From: Oceanispirochaeta sp. | Lineage (GTDB): Bacteria; Spirochaetota; Spirochaetia; DSM-2461 | NCBI GenBank assembly: GCA_963663385.2 | Contig: CAXXXD010000002.1 | Span: forward strand, 1,440,001 to 1,504,000 | Direction of reading: 5' to 3' | DNA length: 64,000 nt | In this document: positions 18,756-28,978 of the stretch, one piece after another | Layout of the letters: each line of letters begins with the position of its first letter | Position numbering within the stretch: the stretch's first letter is position 1 | The notes under the pieces: generated by a model | The model's database searches: none | What the model saw: the letters and a program-made list of their open reading frames with translations, nothing else | Told to the model about the DNA's origin: nothing | Made by a program: the position numbers and the translations under genes

Positions 18756-21700
18756 TTACTCCTTCCAGACTGATTTTACAATAGGGGATTCCCCGATTTC
18801 CTGCAAGCAGGAGGGGGTGGAAGCAATGGAAATCTGTCCTGAGACCTTGATTACCACCTGACCCTGAGGACGGGGCAGATGGAGAAAAACCGTACTGTTT
18901 CCATTATTATCCTGCAGGAATGCCCTGAAATCGATCAGTTCTTCCTGGTTGTACTCCTTCTCCACCATCTCTATATGGACCTCGCTTTGGGCGATTTCCT
19001 TCATCTCTTCGGGTATGTATACCTCTTTAACTTTAAAACTCGGTTCGCTGCGGGACATATCAACCTGTCCGGAGAATCCCAGAACCCTGTCATTTTCCAG
19101 CAAATGACCGTATTGTTCATACACTTTGGAGAACAGGACAATATCGATGGAACCTTTAAAGCCTTCAACCGTGCCAAAGGCCATTTTTGTTCCCTTTTTG
19201 GTCATGGTCTGACGGATTCCCTTGATCATTCCCAGTATGGTGTAATCCTTGTCCGAAGCGGCTCTGCCGGGGTTATCCAGTCTGAGATTGGTGCACTTTC
19301 TCCAGAAGTATTCGTAATCATCAAGTGGGTGACCGGAAAAGTAGAACCCCAGGTTATCCTTTTCTATCTGAAGGATCTCTTTTGACTCCCAGGGCTCCTG
19401 TTCTTCAATATGAAGTTCGGGGGTGATCTCCTCTTCAAAGTCCCCGAAGAGGGATGCCTGCCCGTACATGGTCCGTTCTTTCTGGTTATTCACAAATTCC
19501 AGGATACGGTCCAGATTGTGCAGCAGGGTAGCTCTGTTCCAGGACTCGTACTTGTCAAACAGCCCGGACTGGATGCTCACTTCCACTACCTTCCGGTTGA
19601 CACAACGGAGATCAACCCTTTCCAGCATATCCTGAAGAGACTTGAAAAGGCCGTTTTCATCCCTCTCCCTTATTATCTCATCAACCGCCGCGGACCCCAT
19701 TCCCTTGATCCCGATCAGACCGTAGAATACTTTTCCATCCACAACGGTAAAGTATTTCTCTGAGTAGTTGATATCGGGAGGAAGAATCTCAATCCCCTCC
19801 TTACGGGCCTGCTCCATATAGTTTGTCATCTGGTTGGTGTCATTGATTTCATTGGTCAGGTTGGCCGCCCAGAACTCGGCGGGATGGTTGGCCTTGCAGT
19901 AGGCGGTTTTATAGGCGACGACAGAATAGGCCGCCGCATGAGATTTGTTGAAACCATAACCGGCAAATGGTTCGAGCATGTCAAAGATCCCCGAAGCATG
20001 TTCTTCCGAGTGACCGATCTCCCTGGCCCCCGCAATAAACTCTATCTTCATTTTTGCCATGTCTTTGACTTTTTTCTTACCCATGGCCCGGCGCAGGATA
20101 TCCGCTTTACCAAGGGAGAATCCGCCTATTATCTGGGCAACCTTCATTACCTGTTCCTGGTAGACAATTACCCCGTAGGTGGGCGTCAGGAGCTCTGTCA
20201 AAGAAGGGTCGGGGAATTTGATAGAGGCCGGATTTTTCTTCCCCTCAATGTACTGGGGGATAAACTGCATGGGCCCCGGGCGATAGAGGGCATTCAGGGC
20301 AATCAGGTCTTCGATGTTGCCGGGTTTGGCCCGGCGCAGGATATCCTGCATTCCCGAAGATTCAAACTGGAATACGGCCGTACTCAATCCTTCGCTGAGC
20401 ATCCGGAAGGTTTTTTCATCTTCATCGGATACGGTGTTTACATTAAAATCGGGATCCAGTTTCCTGACCAGCCCTTCAATGTTTTTAAGAAGAGTCAGGG
20501 TTTTCAGACCCAGAAAGTCCATCTTAACCAGACCGCAGGGTTCTATGATATCCATGGTGAATTCAGAGGTGATATCACCGGTCTTCTGATCCTTGTAGAG
20601 GGGGACGTAATCGGTCAGGATGGAGTTTCCGATGACCTTTCCGCAGGCATGGGTGGAGATATGCCGGTTCATCCCCTCCAGTACCTGGGCTACATCAAAA
20701 AGGTCTTTGTAGGCACCGCCCCTGTCGTAGAACTCTTTCAGTTTAGGTTCGATTTCCAGAGCCACCGCCGTATTGATCTTTCGTCCGTCCGGCGCTTTCC
20801 CTTCCGGGATCAGTTTGGTAATGGCATTGGACTCTCCGAAAGGAATATCCAGAACCCGTGCCACATCTTTCAGAACCGCCTTGGTTTTAAGGGTTCCGAA
20901 GGTACAGATCCCGCCCACCTGGTCATGACCGTATTTGCGGTTGACGTATTCTATAACTTCGCCCCGTCTTTCGAAGCAGAAGTCGATATCAAAGTCCGGC
21001 ATGGAGACTCGTTCGGGGTTGAGGAATCTCTCAAAAAGCAGATCGTATTTCAGAGGATCAATATCCGTGATCCCCATGGCATAGGCAATAATGGATCCCG
21101 CTCCGGAACCGCGTCCCGGTCCTACGGGGATATCATTCAGTCTGGCCCAGTGAATAAAATCCCATACAATAAGGAAGTATCCCTCAAAGCCCATCCCCAG
21201 CAGAATATCCAGTTCGTACTCGACCCGTTTGGTAATCTCATCAGTTACTTTGGAATAGCGGTTCTTTATCCCCTCCCATGTTATATGCTTCAGGTACTCG
21301 GCCTGAGTTTTGAAGTCCGTGGGGATTACGTATTCAGGGAGGATGGGACCGGGCTGGGGAATGGTGAGGTTACATTTCTCGGCCAGGCGGACCGTATTTT
21401 CAAGAGCACCGGGAACATGTCCCAGCAGTTCCTGCATCTGCTCGGCAGTTTTGAAATAAAGTTCCTCTTCATCCATTTTGAAGCGCTTTTCATCGCTCAG
21501 TTTTTTTCCGGTTCCTATACAGACCAGTATATCCTGGGCACGGGCATGCTCCTTTTTCAGGTAATGGATATCGTTTGTGGCAATAATGGGGATACCCGTT
21601 TCATCATGGAGCTTGATGATCCCCTCAATAATGGTCTTTTCCTCGGGGATGCCGTGATCCATGACCTCCAGGTAGAAATTGCCTTCTCCAAACAGACTGT

Positions 21701-22181
21701 TATAGTACAGGGCCTTCTCTTTGGCTTTATCGTACTCTCCCGCCACAAGGTAACGGGGTATCTCGCCGGCCATACAGGCGGTGGAACAGATCAGCCCTTC
21801 ATTGTATTTTTCAAGCAGCTCATCGTCTATCCGGGGACGGTAGTAATACCCTTCCGTATATCCCTTGGAAACAAGTCTCATCAGATTCCGGTAACCCTCT
21901 TCGTTCCTGCAGTAGAGTACCAGGTGAAAGTTCTTGTAGCCGGTGGACTGTTTCTCGTAGCGGGAAGTGGGGGAGACATAAACCTCACAGCCTACAACAG
22001 GGTTAATCCCGGCAGCATGACAGGCCTGTTCAAAGCGGAGGGCACCGAAAAGGTTGCCGTGATCAGTCAGTCCCAGGTGTTTCATCCCCATCTCCTGGGC
22101 CATCTCTATGTATTTGGGAATACGGGCGGCACCGTCCAGGAGTGAATAATCCGAGTGGTTGTGAAGATGAACAAATTCCAA
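18756..22181 (-). CDS. dnaE: DNA polymerase III alpha subunit
   Basis: FVHLH.HS.YSLLDGA, GPGRGSGAGS, MPDFDIDF, YGFNKSHAAAY; start placed at TTG 22181 behind SD AGGGGAG. Confidence 0.97.
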   Translation of the reverse strand: MEFVHLHNHSDYSLLDGAARIPKYIEMAQEMGMKHLGLTDHGNLFGALRFEQACHAAGINPVVGCEVYVSPTSRYEKQSTGYKNFHLVLYCRNEEGYRNLMRLVSKGYTEGYYYRPRIDDELLEKYNEGLICSTACMAGEIPRYLVAGEYDKAKEKALYYNSLFGEGNFYLEVMDHGIPEEKTIIEGIIKLHDETGIPIIATNDIHYLKKEHARAQDILVCIGTGKKLSDEKRFKMDEEELYFKTAEQMQELLGHVPGALENTVRLAEKCNLTIPQPGPILPEYVIPTDFKTQAEYLKHITWEGIKNRYSKVTDEITKRVEYELDILLGMGFEGYFLIVWDFIHWARLNDIPVGPGRGSGAGSIIAYAMGITDIDPLKYDLLFERFLNPERVSMPDFDIDFCFERRGEVIEYVNRKYGHDQVGGICTFGTLKTKAVLKDVARVLDIPFGESNAITKLIPEGKAPDGRKINTAVALEIEPKLKEFYDRGGAYKDLFDVAQVLEGMNRHISTHACGKVIGNSILTDYVPLYKDQKTGDITSEFTMDIIEPCGLVKMDFLGLKTLTLLKNIEGLVRKLDPDFNVNTVSDEDEKTFRMLSEGLSTAVFQFESSGMQDILRRAKPGNIEDLIALNALYRPGPMQFIPQYIEGKKNPASIKFPDPSLTELLTPTYGVIVYQEQVMKVAQIIGGFSLGKADILRRAMGKKKVKDMAKMKIEFIAGAREIGHSEEHASGIFDMLEPFAGYGFNKSHAAAYSVVAYKTAYCKANHPAEFWAANLTNEINDTNQMTNYMEQARKEGIEILPPDINYSEKYFTVVDGKVFYGLIGIKGMGSAAVDEIIRERDENGLFKSLQDMLERVDLRCVNRKVVEVSIQSGLFDKYESWNRATLLHNLDRILEFVNNQKERTMYGQASLFGDFEEEITPELHIEEQEPWESKEILQIEKDNLGFYFSGHPLDDYEYFWRKCTNLRLDNPGRAASDKDYTILGMIKGIRQTMTKKGTKMAFGTVEGFKGSIDIVLFSKVYEQYGHLLENDRVLGFSGQVDMSRSEPSFKVKEVYIPEEMKEIAQSEVHIEMVEKEYNQEELIDFRAFLQDNNGNSTVFLHLPRPQGQVVIKVSGQISIASTPSCLQEIGESPIVKSVWKE

Positions 22182-22296
22182 TTTAACTCCCCTTGGTTTT
22201 ATTGCTGTAAAAATTTCCATCCAGCGAAATCAGAGGACCAGTATAATCCTTCCCTCGGGTTTTTTAAACAGGGGGCGGGGAAAATCAGTGAACTTT

Positions 22297-23178
22297 TCAG
22301 CTCCCGAACGGGCTTTTAGGCGGGTCTGCCAGAGATTCCAGAAGCTGCCGGAACAGGTTGCGGATAAGATAGGTTTCATAAGGATTCTCACTGGGAGGAT
22401 AGTAATGTTCCAGATTTCCCATCAGCTGATCAGAATCTTTATGATTAAGGGGAAAACGCCGGCCCAGCAGGTTGGCTTCCAGATCCCTGTTCCGCATAAT
22501 GAGCTTTCCTCCATTGGTAAAAGCAAGGCGGATATCTGAAAGAATCCCTTTTTCCATGGAAGCCAGGCAGTTTACAGTAAGATAAAAATCGTTGCGGATA
22601 TTTATTTTACGATGGAATGTAAAATTTCCCAGGTAATAGGGGATGCGTACTCTGGTCAGCATTTCCCCTTCCCCCAGGTTGATCTCTCCCTCCGGTGTCA
22701 GCATATTACCAAGGGGTATCCAGCGTGATTTCATGGACATCTTCTCTTTCCGCCTCGGCCTTACATGGCGCAGTTCGATCCGTGAATCAAGCAGCTGCAG
22801 TACCGGAAAAAGGTCCATCCTGCGTTCGGGAATGCAGAGATTGCCTCCCAGTGTGGCGCAGTTCCGGATGGGGTTGGGACCCATTTGGCAGAGAGTATCC
22901 TGCAGAAGAGGTGACCGGAAAATATAGGAAGCTTCTATCATCCTGTTGATCGTCACACAGCAGCCGGCTTCGGCGTAGCGGTCGGTTCTGGATATCTTCT
23001 TCAGTTCTTCCAGCTGAGAGAGGGATAGAACCGAGTTATGAATACCCTCCCTGTTTAAAGTGTGGTTAAGGAGGTTGGTCCCCCCTGCCATAAGCAGGGC
23101 CCCCGGGTTTTTCCGGTATAGACTGAGAAGGTCCATAATATTTTGAGGAATACTGATATGGTAGGGAGGCTGTTTCAT
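22297..23178 (-). CDS. Xanthine/CO dehydrogenase family FAD-binding subunit
   Basis: MAGGTNL, IRN.ATLGGN motifs. Confidence 0.82.
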   Translation of the reverse strand: MKQPPYHISIPQNIMDLLSLYRKNPGALLMAGGTNLLNHTLNREGIHNSVLSLSQLEELKKISRTDRYAEAGCCVTINRMIEASYIFRSPLLQDTLCQMGPNPIRNCATLGGNLCIPERRMDLFPVLQLLDSRIELRHVRPRRKEKMSMKSRWIPLGNMLTPEGEINLGEGEMLTRVRIPYYLGNFTFHRKINIRNDFYLTVNCLASMEKGILSDIRLAFTNGGKLIMRNRDLEANLLGRRFPLNHKDSDQLMGNLEHYYPPSENPYETYLIRNLFRQLLESLADPPKSPFGS

Positions 23179-23651
23179 CTGCTCAGTCTCCTCTGTCTGA
23201 TTCGGGCGGAAGTGAGAATCCCTTCTTTAAGGGTTTCATAGGGGGTACAGTTACATTTCACGGTAGTCAGGATCTCATTGATATGCTTTTCTTCGGGTCG
23301 GATAAACTTGTCCAGCAGTACACCGGTAGTCAGAGTTCTTGCGGGGGCACAATAGTCGCATAGATGTACCCCGGCCTGTTTGAAACCTTCAACAATATCG
23401 TTGAATTCTTCAGTTTCGGCATAGCCTTCAATGGTTTGTACGGATTTTCCTTTTATCTGAAAGACCGGAACCATGCAGGAGTAAACCAGTTCTCCTTCCA
23501 GAACCACCGAACACAAACCGCAGAATCCCTTCTCACAGGCCGATCTGAGTCCTGTGAGACTAAAATCTTCCCGCAGTACATCCGACAGCCTTTTATAGGC
23601 TGGTACCTCTATGGATGTCTCCTGACCGTTCAGTTCAAATTCTATCAGCAT
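23175..23651 (-). CDS. Xanthine/CO dehydrogenase family 2Fe-2S subunit
   Basis: C..G.CG.C.V...G....SC and C.YC...C.C motifs. Confidence 0.85.
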   Translation of the reverse strand: MLIEFELNGQETSIEVPAYKRLSDVLREDFSLTGLRSACEKGFCGLCSVVLEGELVYSCMVPVFQIKGKSVQTIEGYAETEEFNDIVEGFKQAGVHLCDYCAPARTLTTGVLLDKFIRPEEKHINEILTTVKCNCTPYETLKEGILTSARIRQRRLSR

Positions 23652-25699
23652 CAGCCTGTCTCCTCTTGAAGGAGCTCGGCAGAATCGAGAGGAAGGGATT
23701 TTACAGTTTGTCCCGATGCCAGAGAAACAGCCTGAGCAAAGGCGGCGGGTATCGCTCCAAGGATTAATCCTTCCAATCCTCCAATCCTGGCATTTCTGCC
23801 CTCTATTTCAAGAAAATCAATATGAAGTTTCGGGAACACTGTCGGCCTGATGGCCTGCTTCTTCAGGCACTGGCATAGAGCCAGCCGGACTTCCGCTTCA
23901 ATAAATGAGCGGGCGGAAGTCCTGTCAAGCAAAAGCCCGCAATGGATGGAGATCCAAATACGGGGAACATGGATCTCCATAGTTGCCGTTTCCAGTTGAA
24001 CTTCTACCACCACGGCTGCCCATGAAGGAGCCGAGAAGGGAACCCCTATCATAATTTTCTCGTCCCAGTCAGATTTGGTCCTTCTTCGGTATGACCCCGT
24101 TTCTGTAATGGGAAGAGCTTCACGAAAACGCTTTTTCTGAATCAGATCACAGCTCTGGTCGATCAGTTTCGTCAGGATCGTACTGCTCCGTGAAAGGGTT
24201 GAAGGGCCTGTGAAAAGCTGTTCATCCGCTATATCCATGACAAAACTAATCTGCTCTTCCTCGATGGATAGTCTGTCGGCCACTCTTTTTGTCCAGACCG
24301 CCAGAAGGGCCGGCGTGGCGGGCACTCCGTTTATTATAATTCCCAGATCCCCTTCTTTTCCCAGGGTCGCGGAGACACTGGCCGCTGTCAGTACCTTTTC
24401 TCTGGAGAGGAATTCATTCCCCTGAAAGCAGGTTGCCAGGCCCACACCGTTATATGCGGTAGGCAGGAGATCCAGCTTTGTGCTGTTTAAACGGACCTGT
24501 CTGCCTGCAGCATGTTTCCTTGTATAATCGGATTCACGGCACAGGCTGTCTATCATGACGCCCAGGGGGAGATTCTGCCTGACCGGACCAGAAGTGGGGA
24601 GGAGGTTCCCTTTCTGCACCATATTCTGTTTTCTCCAGTCTGCCGGATCGATACCCGACTCCTCGGCCAGGTGATTGGCAAACATTTCCATTCCGAAGAA
24701 TCCCTGGGGCAGACCCCAGCCGGTCATGGGAAACCAGGGGGGGGTGTTACTGAGATAGGCATACCCGTCAATCTGGATATTCCGGCACTGATAGTAGGAG
24801 GCTGAGGATACGCATAACCGGGAAAGAACCTCGGTTGTAAAGCAGCCGAAGGCTCCTGCATCAATCTGGAAATCCGCCTTCAATGCGGTTAAACGCCCGT
24901 GGGAATCTATTCCCGCTTTATACCGGATCTTCAGTTCCCGGGGAATAAAGGGGTGGTTTTCCTGTTCATCCATAAGACGGATCGGCTGACGAAGGATGGA
25001 CGCCGCTGCAACCGTAAGGGCTGCCGGAACAGCACTCTGCCAGAGGTGGGTGTCCCAGCTTCTGCCTGCCGTATTAAAGCGAAGTTCAACCTGTTTTCGG
25101 CTGATATTGGCTGCCAGGGCGCAGAACTTTCTGATAATAGACGGCCATTGTGTATGCAGGTGGAGAATATATTTTCCCCCCTCTTTTGTACAGAAAATCC
25201 CCATGCGCGGGTAGCTTGGAATTTCCGGCATTACAAGATTGTATTCACCTTCCATAATCCGGTCGGCTTTAATCATCCCCCGGTCAATATCCCCTTTCCG
25301 TATTTTACGGTATCCCGCAGAAAAGCGGGGATCCTTTATGGCGGAAGGCGGAAAAGAGGGGATTCGGCGAATCCGACAGTGAATCTCCCTGCTGATCCTG
25401 GTAAGTGAGTCCTGGTCAGGTCCGCATAAAATACCGACTGGCTGTCCCGGATAGAGAATCCTGTCTTCGGCCAGAAGGGGAATGGCGCAGTCCGGGAGGG
25501 GCATGAGATTTTTACCCGGCAGATCACCGGCCCTCATAAAAAGCATGTCATCGGTCAGTTTCGGTATCTCTATGCTTTCCAGGAGCCCCTGGGAGTAGGG
25601 AGCCCGTATCAGTATGGCATGGGCCATTTTTTTATTTGTCAGGTCCTCGGGGAACCGGATCTGTCCGGCCAGGCGGTTACGGAATTTCACTTCATCCAC
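23651..25699 (-). CDS. Xanthine dehydrogenase family molybdopterin-binding-like large subunit (divergent)
   Basis: G...F..DL, D.PG.N, PL.A....Y.GQPV, G.DP...R..N; cofactor motifs degenerate. Confidence 0.72.
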   Translation of the reverse strand: MDEVKFRNRLAGQIRFPEDLTNKKMAHAILIRAPYSQGLLESIEIPKLTDDMLFMRAGDLPGKNLMPLPDCAIPLLAEDRILYPGQPVGILCGPDQDSLTRISREIHCRIRRIPSFPPSAIKDPRFSAGYRKIRKGDIDRGMIKADRIMEGEYNLVMPEIPSYPRMGIFCTKEGGKYILHLHTQWPSIIRKFCALAANISRKQVELRFNTAGRSWDTHLWQSAVPAALTVAAASILRQPIRLMDEQENHPFIPRELKIRYKAGIDSHGRLTALKADFQIDAGAFGCFTTEVLSRLCVSSASYYQCRNIQIDGYAYLSNTPPWFPMTGWGLPQGFFGMEMFANHLAEESGIDPADWRKQNMVQKGNLLPTSGPVRQNLPLGVMIDSLCRESDYTRKHAAGRQVRLNSTKLDLLPTAYNGVGLATCFQGNEFLSREKVLTAASVSATLGKEGDLGIIINGVPATPALLAVWTKRVADRLSIEEEQISFVMDIADEQLFTGPSTLSRSSTILTKLIDQSCDLIQKKRFREALPITETGSYRRRTKSDWDEKIMIGVPFSAPSWAAVVVEVQLETATMEIHVPRIWISIHCGLLLDRTSARSFIEAEVRLALCQCLKKQAIRPTVFPKLHIDFLEIEGRNARIGGLEGLILGAIPAAFAQAVSLASGQTVKSLPLDSAELLQEETG

Positions 25700-26894
25700 T
25701 GCTGACGCACTCCTTAATCCGGTAACGGCTGCCTATTTTCTGAACCGAATCTGTCACACGGTATAACTGATCCATTGTCATATCCGGAAAGAGGGGAAGG
25801 CTGATAACTCTCCTGAAGCTGTCCGCGGCAAAGGGGAAATCCTCCTCTGTGAAGCCGTATCGGTTCTTGTAGTAGCTCATCATATGCAGGGGTTTGTAGT
25901 GGACGGAAGTCCCGATACCCTCATTCTGAAGTTCTTCGATAAAGCGGTTCCGTGATATGCCGAGTTTCTCTGTCCGGATTTTTATCCAGAACAGATGCCA
26001 GGCATGTTCATCCTTCCAGGAGGGGAGTTCAATAAAATCCAGCTCTCCCAGAGCAGCAAGATAGGCTTTCACCAGCCGCTGTCTCCTCTCCATCATATCT
26101 TCCGCCCGTCCAAGCTGGATTCTTCCGATTGCAGCAGCCAGGTCGGTCATATTGTATTTGAATCCGGGAGCCACAACATCATACTCCCAGGCTGCCTTAT
26201 TCGAGGTGTAACGATCCCAGGCAGCCCTGTCAATGCCGTGAAGGCGCATAATTTCCATCCGTCTGGCCAACTCCGGATGAGAGACTGCTATCATACCTCC
26301 TTCTCCGGTCGTTATGGTTTTATTGGCGTAGAATGAGTAGACTCCCGCATCTGTGTAGGTCCCGACAAAACCCTGTTCCGTCCAGACAGGAAAACAGTGG
26401 GCGGCATCTTCGACCAGAAACAGATCATTCTGCCGGGCCAGATCGTGCAGGTCTTTCAGAAATTGGGGATCCCCCCCAATGTGAACGGGCAGGATCCCTT
26501 TAATACTCCGTTTCTTCTCTCTGAGTTTTCTGATGGCATCCTCTGTTTTTTCCGGATCCATATTCATCCCGCGGGGACCCATGTCCACAAACCATGGATC
26601 GGCGCCGCAGTACCGGACAACTTCCGCTGTCGCCGTAAAAGTATATGTGGGAAGGAGAACGGTATCTCCCGGACCGACTCCCATGGCTTCCATGGCAAGG
26701 TGAAGACCGGCGGTTGCGGAATTCACAGCCAGTGTATGAGCCGCCCCCGAGAAATCGGCAAACTCCTTCTCAAAAGCAAGGGTTTCTTTTCCTGTTGTGA
26801 GCCATCCGCTGCGCAGCACGCGCAGTACAGCTTCTTCTTCCTCTTTCCCGATTGACGGGCGTGAGAAGGGGATAAAATCAGTATTCCGGTTCAT
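25692..26894 (-). CDS. DegT/DnrJ/EryC1/StrS aminotransferase
   Basis: SGWLTTG, NSATAGLHLA, EDAAH, SFYANK.ITTGEGG. Confidence 0.93.
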   Translation of the reverse strand: MNRNTDFIPFSRPSIGKEEEEAVLRVLRSGWLTTGKETLAFEKEFADFSGAAHTLAVNSATAGLHLAMEAMGVGPGDTVLLPTYTFTATAEVVRYCGADPWFVDMGPRGMNMDPEKTEDAIRKLREKKRSIKGILPVHIGGDPQFLKDLHDLARQNDLFLVEDAAHCFPVWTEQGFVGTYTDAGVYSFYANKTITTGEGGMIAVSHPELARRMEIMRLHGIDRAAWDRYTSNKAAWEYDVVAPGFKYNMTDLAAAIGRIQLGRAEDMMERRQRLVKAYLAALGELDFIELPSWKDEHAWHLFWIKIRTEKLGISRNRFIEELQNEGIGTSVHYKPLHMMSYYKNRYGFTEEDFPFAADSFRRVISLPLFPDMTMDQLYRVTDSVQKIGSRYRIKECVSSG

Positions 26895-28350
26895 TTTCTG
26901 GTACCTGCATGGAGGGAAAATATTCCTGAAGGATAGTTCTCAGGCTGTGACGGTTTCGATAAAGTCCGGGATTTTCCGGATCAAAAAAGCAGATGGAGGA
27001 AACTTTTTCTGCAATCACAGAAGCAGGCACTGCGCCGGCATCCGGTTTTACTTTAAAAATCCTGGCATACTCTGTCTGTACGGGGTCTTCGAGTTCATTC
27101 CATAACTTCTCAATTATCTTCTCACCGGGGCGCATTCCTATAAACTGTATGGGTATATCCGATTCCCTGTAACCATAGAACCGTATCATCTGCCTGGCCA
27201 GGTCCAGGATTTTTATGGGTTCTCCCATGTCCAGAATATAAAGCCCGCCGTTGTGTCCGACTCCTCCGGCTTTAAGAACCAGGGAGGAAGCTTCCGGGAT
27301 GGTCATAAAGTAGCGGGTTGTATCGGGATGGGTAACTGTCACAGGCCCCCCTGTGAGAATCTGCTCTTTGAAGAGGGGGATGATGCTCCCTCTGGAGCCC
27401 AGCACATTCCCGAAACGCACTACCATAAAATCCAGGCCCTTTTTCCTCTTCTCCAGAACAAGCATCTCTGCCAGCCTTTTGGTCACACCGTAAACGCAGG
27501 AGGGGTTTACCGCCTTATCGGTCGAAATCAGAACAAGCCGCGGCACTCCAACCTCTTCGGCTGCACGGATCAGATTCAGGGTACCGAAAACATTGTTTTT
27601 TACAGCTTCCACCGGATTCACTTCCATCATGGGTACATGTTTATGAGCGGCACAATGAAAAATAACATCCGCTTTCAGGCGTTTCAGAATAAAATCCATG
27701 TAGTTACGGTCCTGCAGATCCCCTATTACAGGCACGACAGTCGCTCTCTCTCCAACGCCACCTTCCTGCAGGAGGCGCAGTTCCTTTTCAATCCGGTAGA
27801 TGCTGTTTTCTCCATGTCCCAGCAGGTACAGGCGTTCCGCACCGCCCGACAGGAGCTGACGGGCCAGTTCGCTGCCGATGCTTCCTCCCGCGCCTGTAAT
27901 CAGGACTCTTTTCCCTCGCAGGTAGGAGAGGCTTTCAAACAGATCAATCGAGACGGGAGTGCGGCCCAGAAGGTCCTCAGGGTTTATATCACGGGCCTGA
28001 ATAAGATGGGCATGACCGTTTACAATCTGTGAAATGTTGGGGAGTATCCGGATGCGTGTAAACTCTGCCTTGCTCAGTGTGCTGTATATTTTTGACAGCT
28101 CTTCCCGGGTTGCTGTCGGGATGGCTATGATGGCTTCGTCTGCCGGAGTGGTCGTCAAAATCCTTGTAAAAGCATTGATAGGTCCCAAAACAGGAATCCC
28201 ATTGATTTCCGTTCCTATCTTTTCCGGGTTATCATCGAGGAAGGCCACCACTTCGCCGGCTGTTTTTCTGCTGTTTATCTCTTCTGCAATATTGGTTCCG
28301 GCAAATCCGGCGCCAATTATAAATATTCTGGTCTTTTTCTTTGTACTCAC
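26878..28350 (-). CDS. Nucleotide-sugar 4,6-dehydratase (CapD/PglF-like, no N-terminal TM region)
   Basis: EDLLGR, TGAGGSIGSEL, HCAAHKHVP, ISTDKAVNP, VRFGNVLGSRGS, RPGEK; start GTG 28350 or TTG 28353. Confidence 0.9.
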   Translation of the reverse strand: MSTKKKTRIFIIGAGFAGTNIAEEINSRKTAGEVVAFLDDNPEKIGTEINGIPVLGPINAFTRILTTTPADEAIIAIPTATREELSKIYSTLSKAEFTRIRILPNISQIVNGHAHLIQARDINPEDLLGRTPVSIDLFESLSYLRGKRVLITGAGGSIGSELARQLLSGGAERLYLLGHGENSIYRIEKELRLLQEGGVGERATVVPVIGDLQDRNYMDFILKRLKADVIFHCAAHKHVPMMEVNPVEAVKNNVFGTLNLIRAAEEVGVPRLVLISTDKAVNPSCVYGVTKRLAEMLVLEKRKKGLDFMVVRFGNVLGSRGSIIPLFKEQILTGGPVTVTHPDTTRYFMTIPEASSLVLKAGGVGHNGGLYILDMGEPIKILDLARQMIRFYGYRESDIPIQFIGMRPGEKIIEKLWNELEDPVQTEYARIFKVKPDAGAVPASVIAEKVSSICFFDPENPGLYRNRHSLRTILQEYFPSMQVPENEPEY

Positions 28351-28522
28351 CAAATCAGAATAGCATAGCCCGATTGATTAGTTAATAGAAAACTGCCATT
28401 TTAAAGGCGGGGACGATTTCTTGTATAAAACACTTCTAAATCCTGAAATTACGCCGATAATATGAAAAACCTCTTATGGTCTTTAGAGAACCTGACAGAA
28501 GAGAAGGATAACGGGAGACAGA

Positions 28523-28978
28523 ATGAGAAAGTATTTATCCGGAAAAATATTTCCAGCAGGAATACTGGCTGCATTACTGCTGATGACAGATTTGACAGCG
28601 CAGACAGCCATAGTGAATGCTCAGCCCCTGAGCCCTGCGGCGGAAGCTGCTGCAGACTATACAAAAGATGTGGAAACGGGACTGTTGGAATACCTCTTTG
28701 ATCTGGGGTATATCATTTTCAATCAATCTACAGCAGACTCAGCTCCCGTACTGGTTGAGCTGGGAAAAGAGACCGGAGCGGATATTGTTATAGACTGGTC
28801 CCAGAACTCCGAAGGCCTTGACGGCTCTCTTATTGACTGCCGGACAGGACAGACAATAAGGGCCGTCACAATTGATCAGAAGGTTTTTGAGGACATATAT
28901 AAAAATAATGATCATGAAATGTATTCCGCAATGGGATATCGTTTATGTGAAGAGATGATACCGGATGAATGGAATTAA
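28523..28978 (+). CDS. Exported hypothetical protein
   Basis: 151-aa ORF with SD GGGAG and signal-peptide-like N-terminus. Confidence 0.65.
   Translation: MRKYLSGKIFPAGILAALLLMTDLTAQTAIVNAQPLSPAAEAAADYTKDVETGLLEYLFDLGYIIFNQSTADSAPVLVELGKETGADIVIDWSQNSEGLDGSLIDCRTGQTIRAVTIDQKVFEDIYKNNDHEMYSAMGYRLCEEMIPDEWN

Noticed and set aside
19884..22145. 753-aa plus-strand ORF
   Set aside because: Lies entirely antisense to dnaE with no recognisable motifs; shadow ORF.
18756..22181. Intein in dnaE or recG; intervening sequences in the rRNAs
   Set aside because: Lengths are normal (DnaE about 1140 aa, RecG 688 aa, 16S about 1540 nt, 23S about 2920 nt) and no splice motifs were seen.
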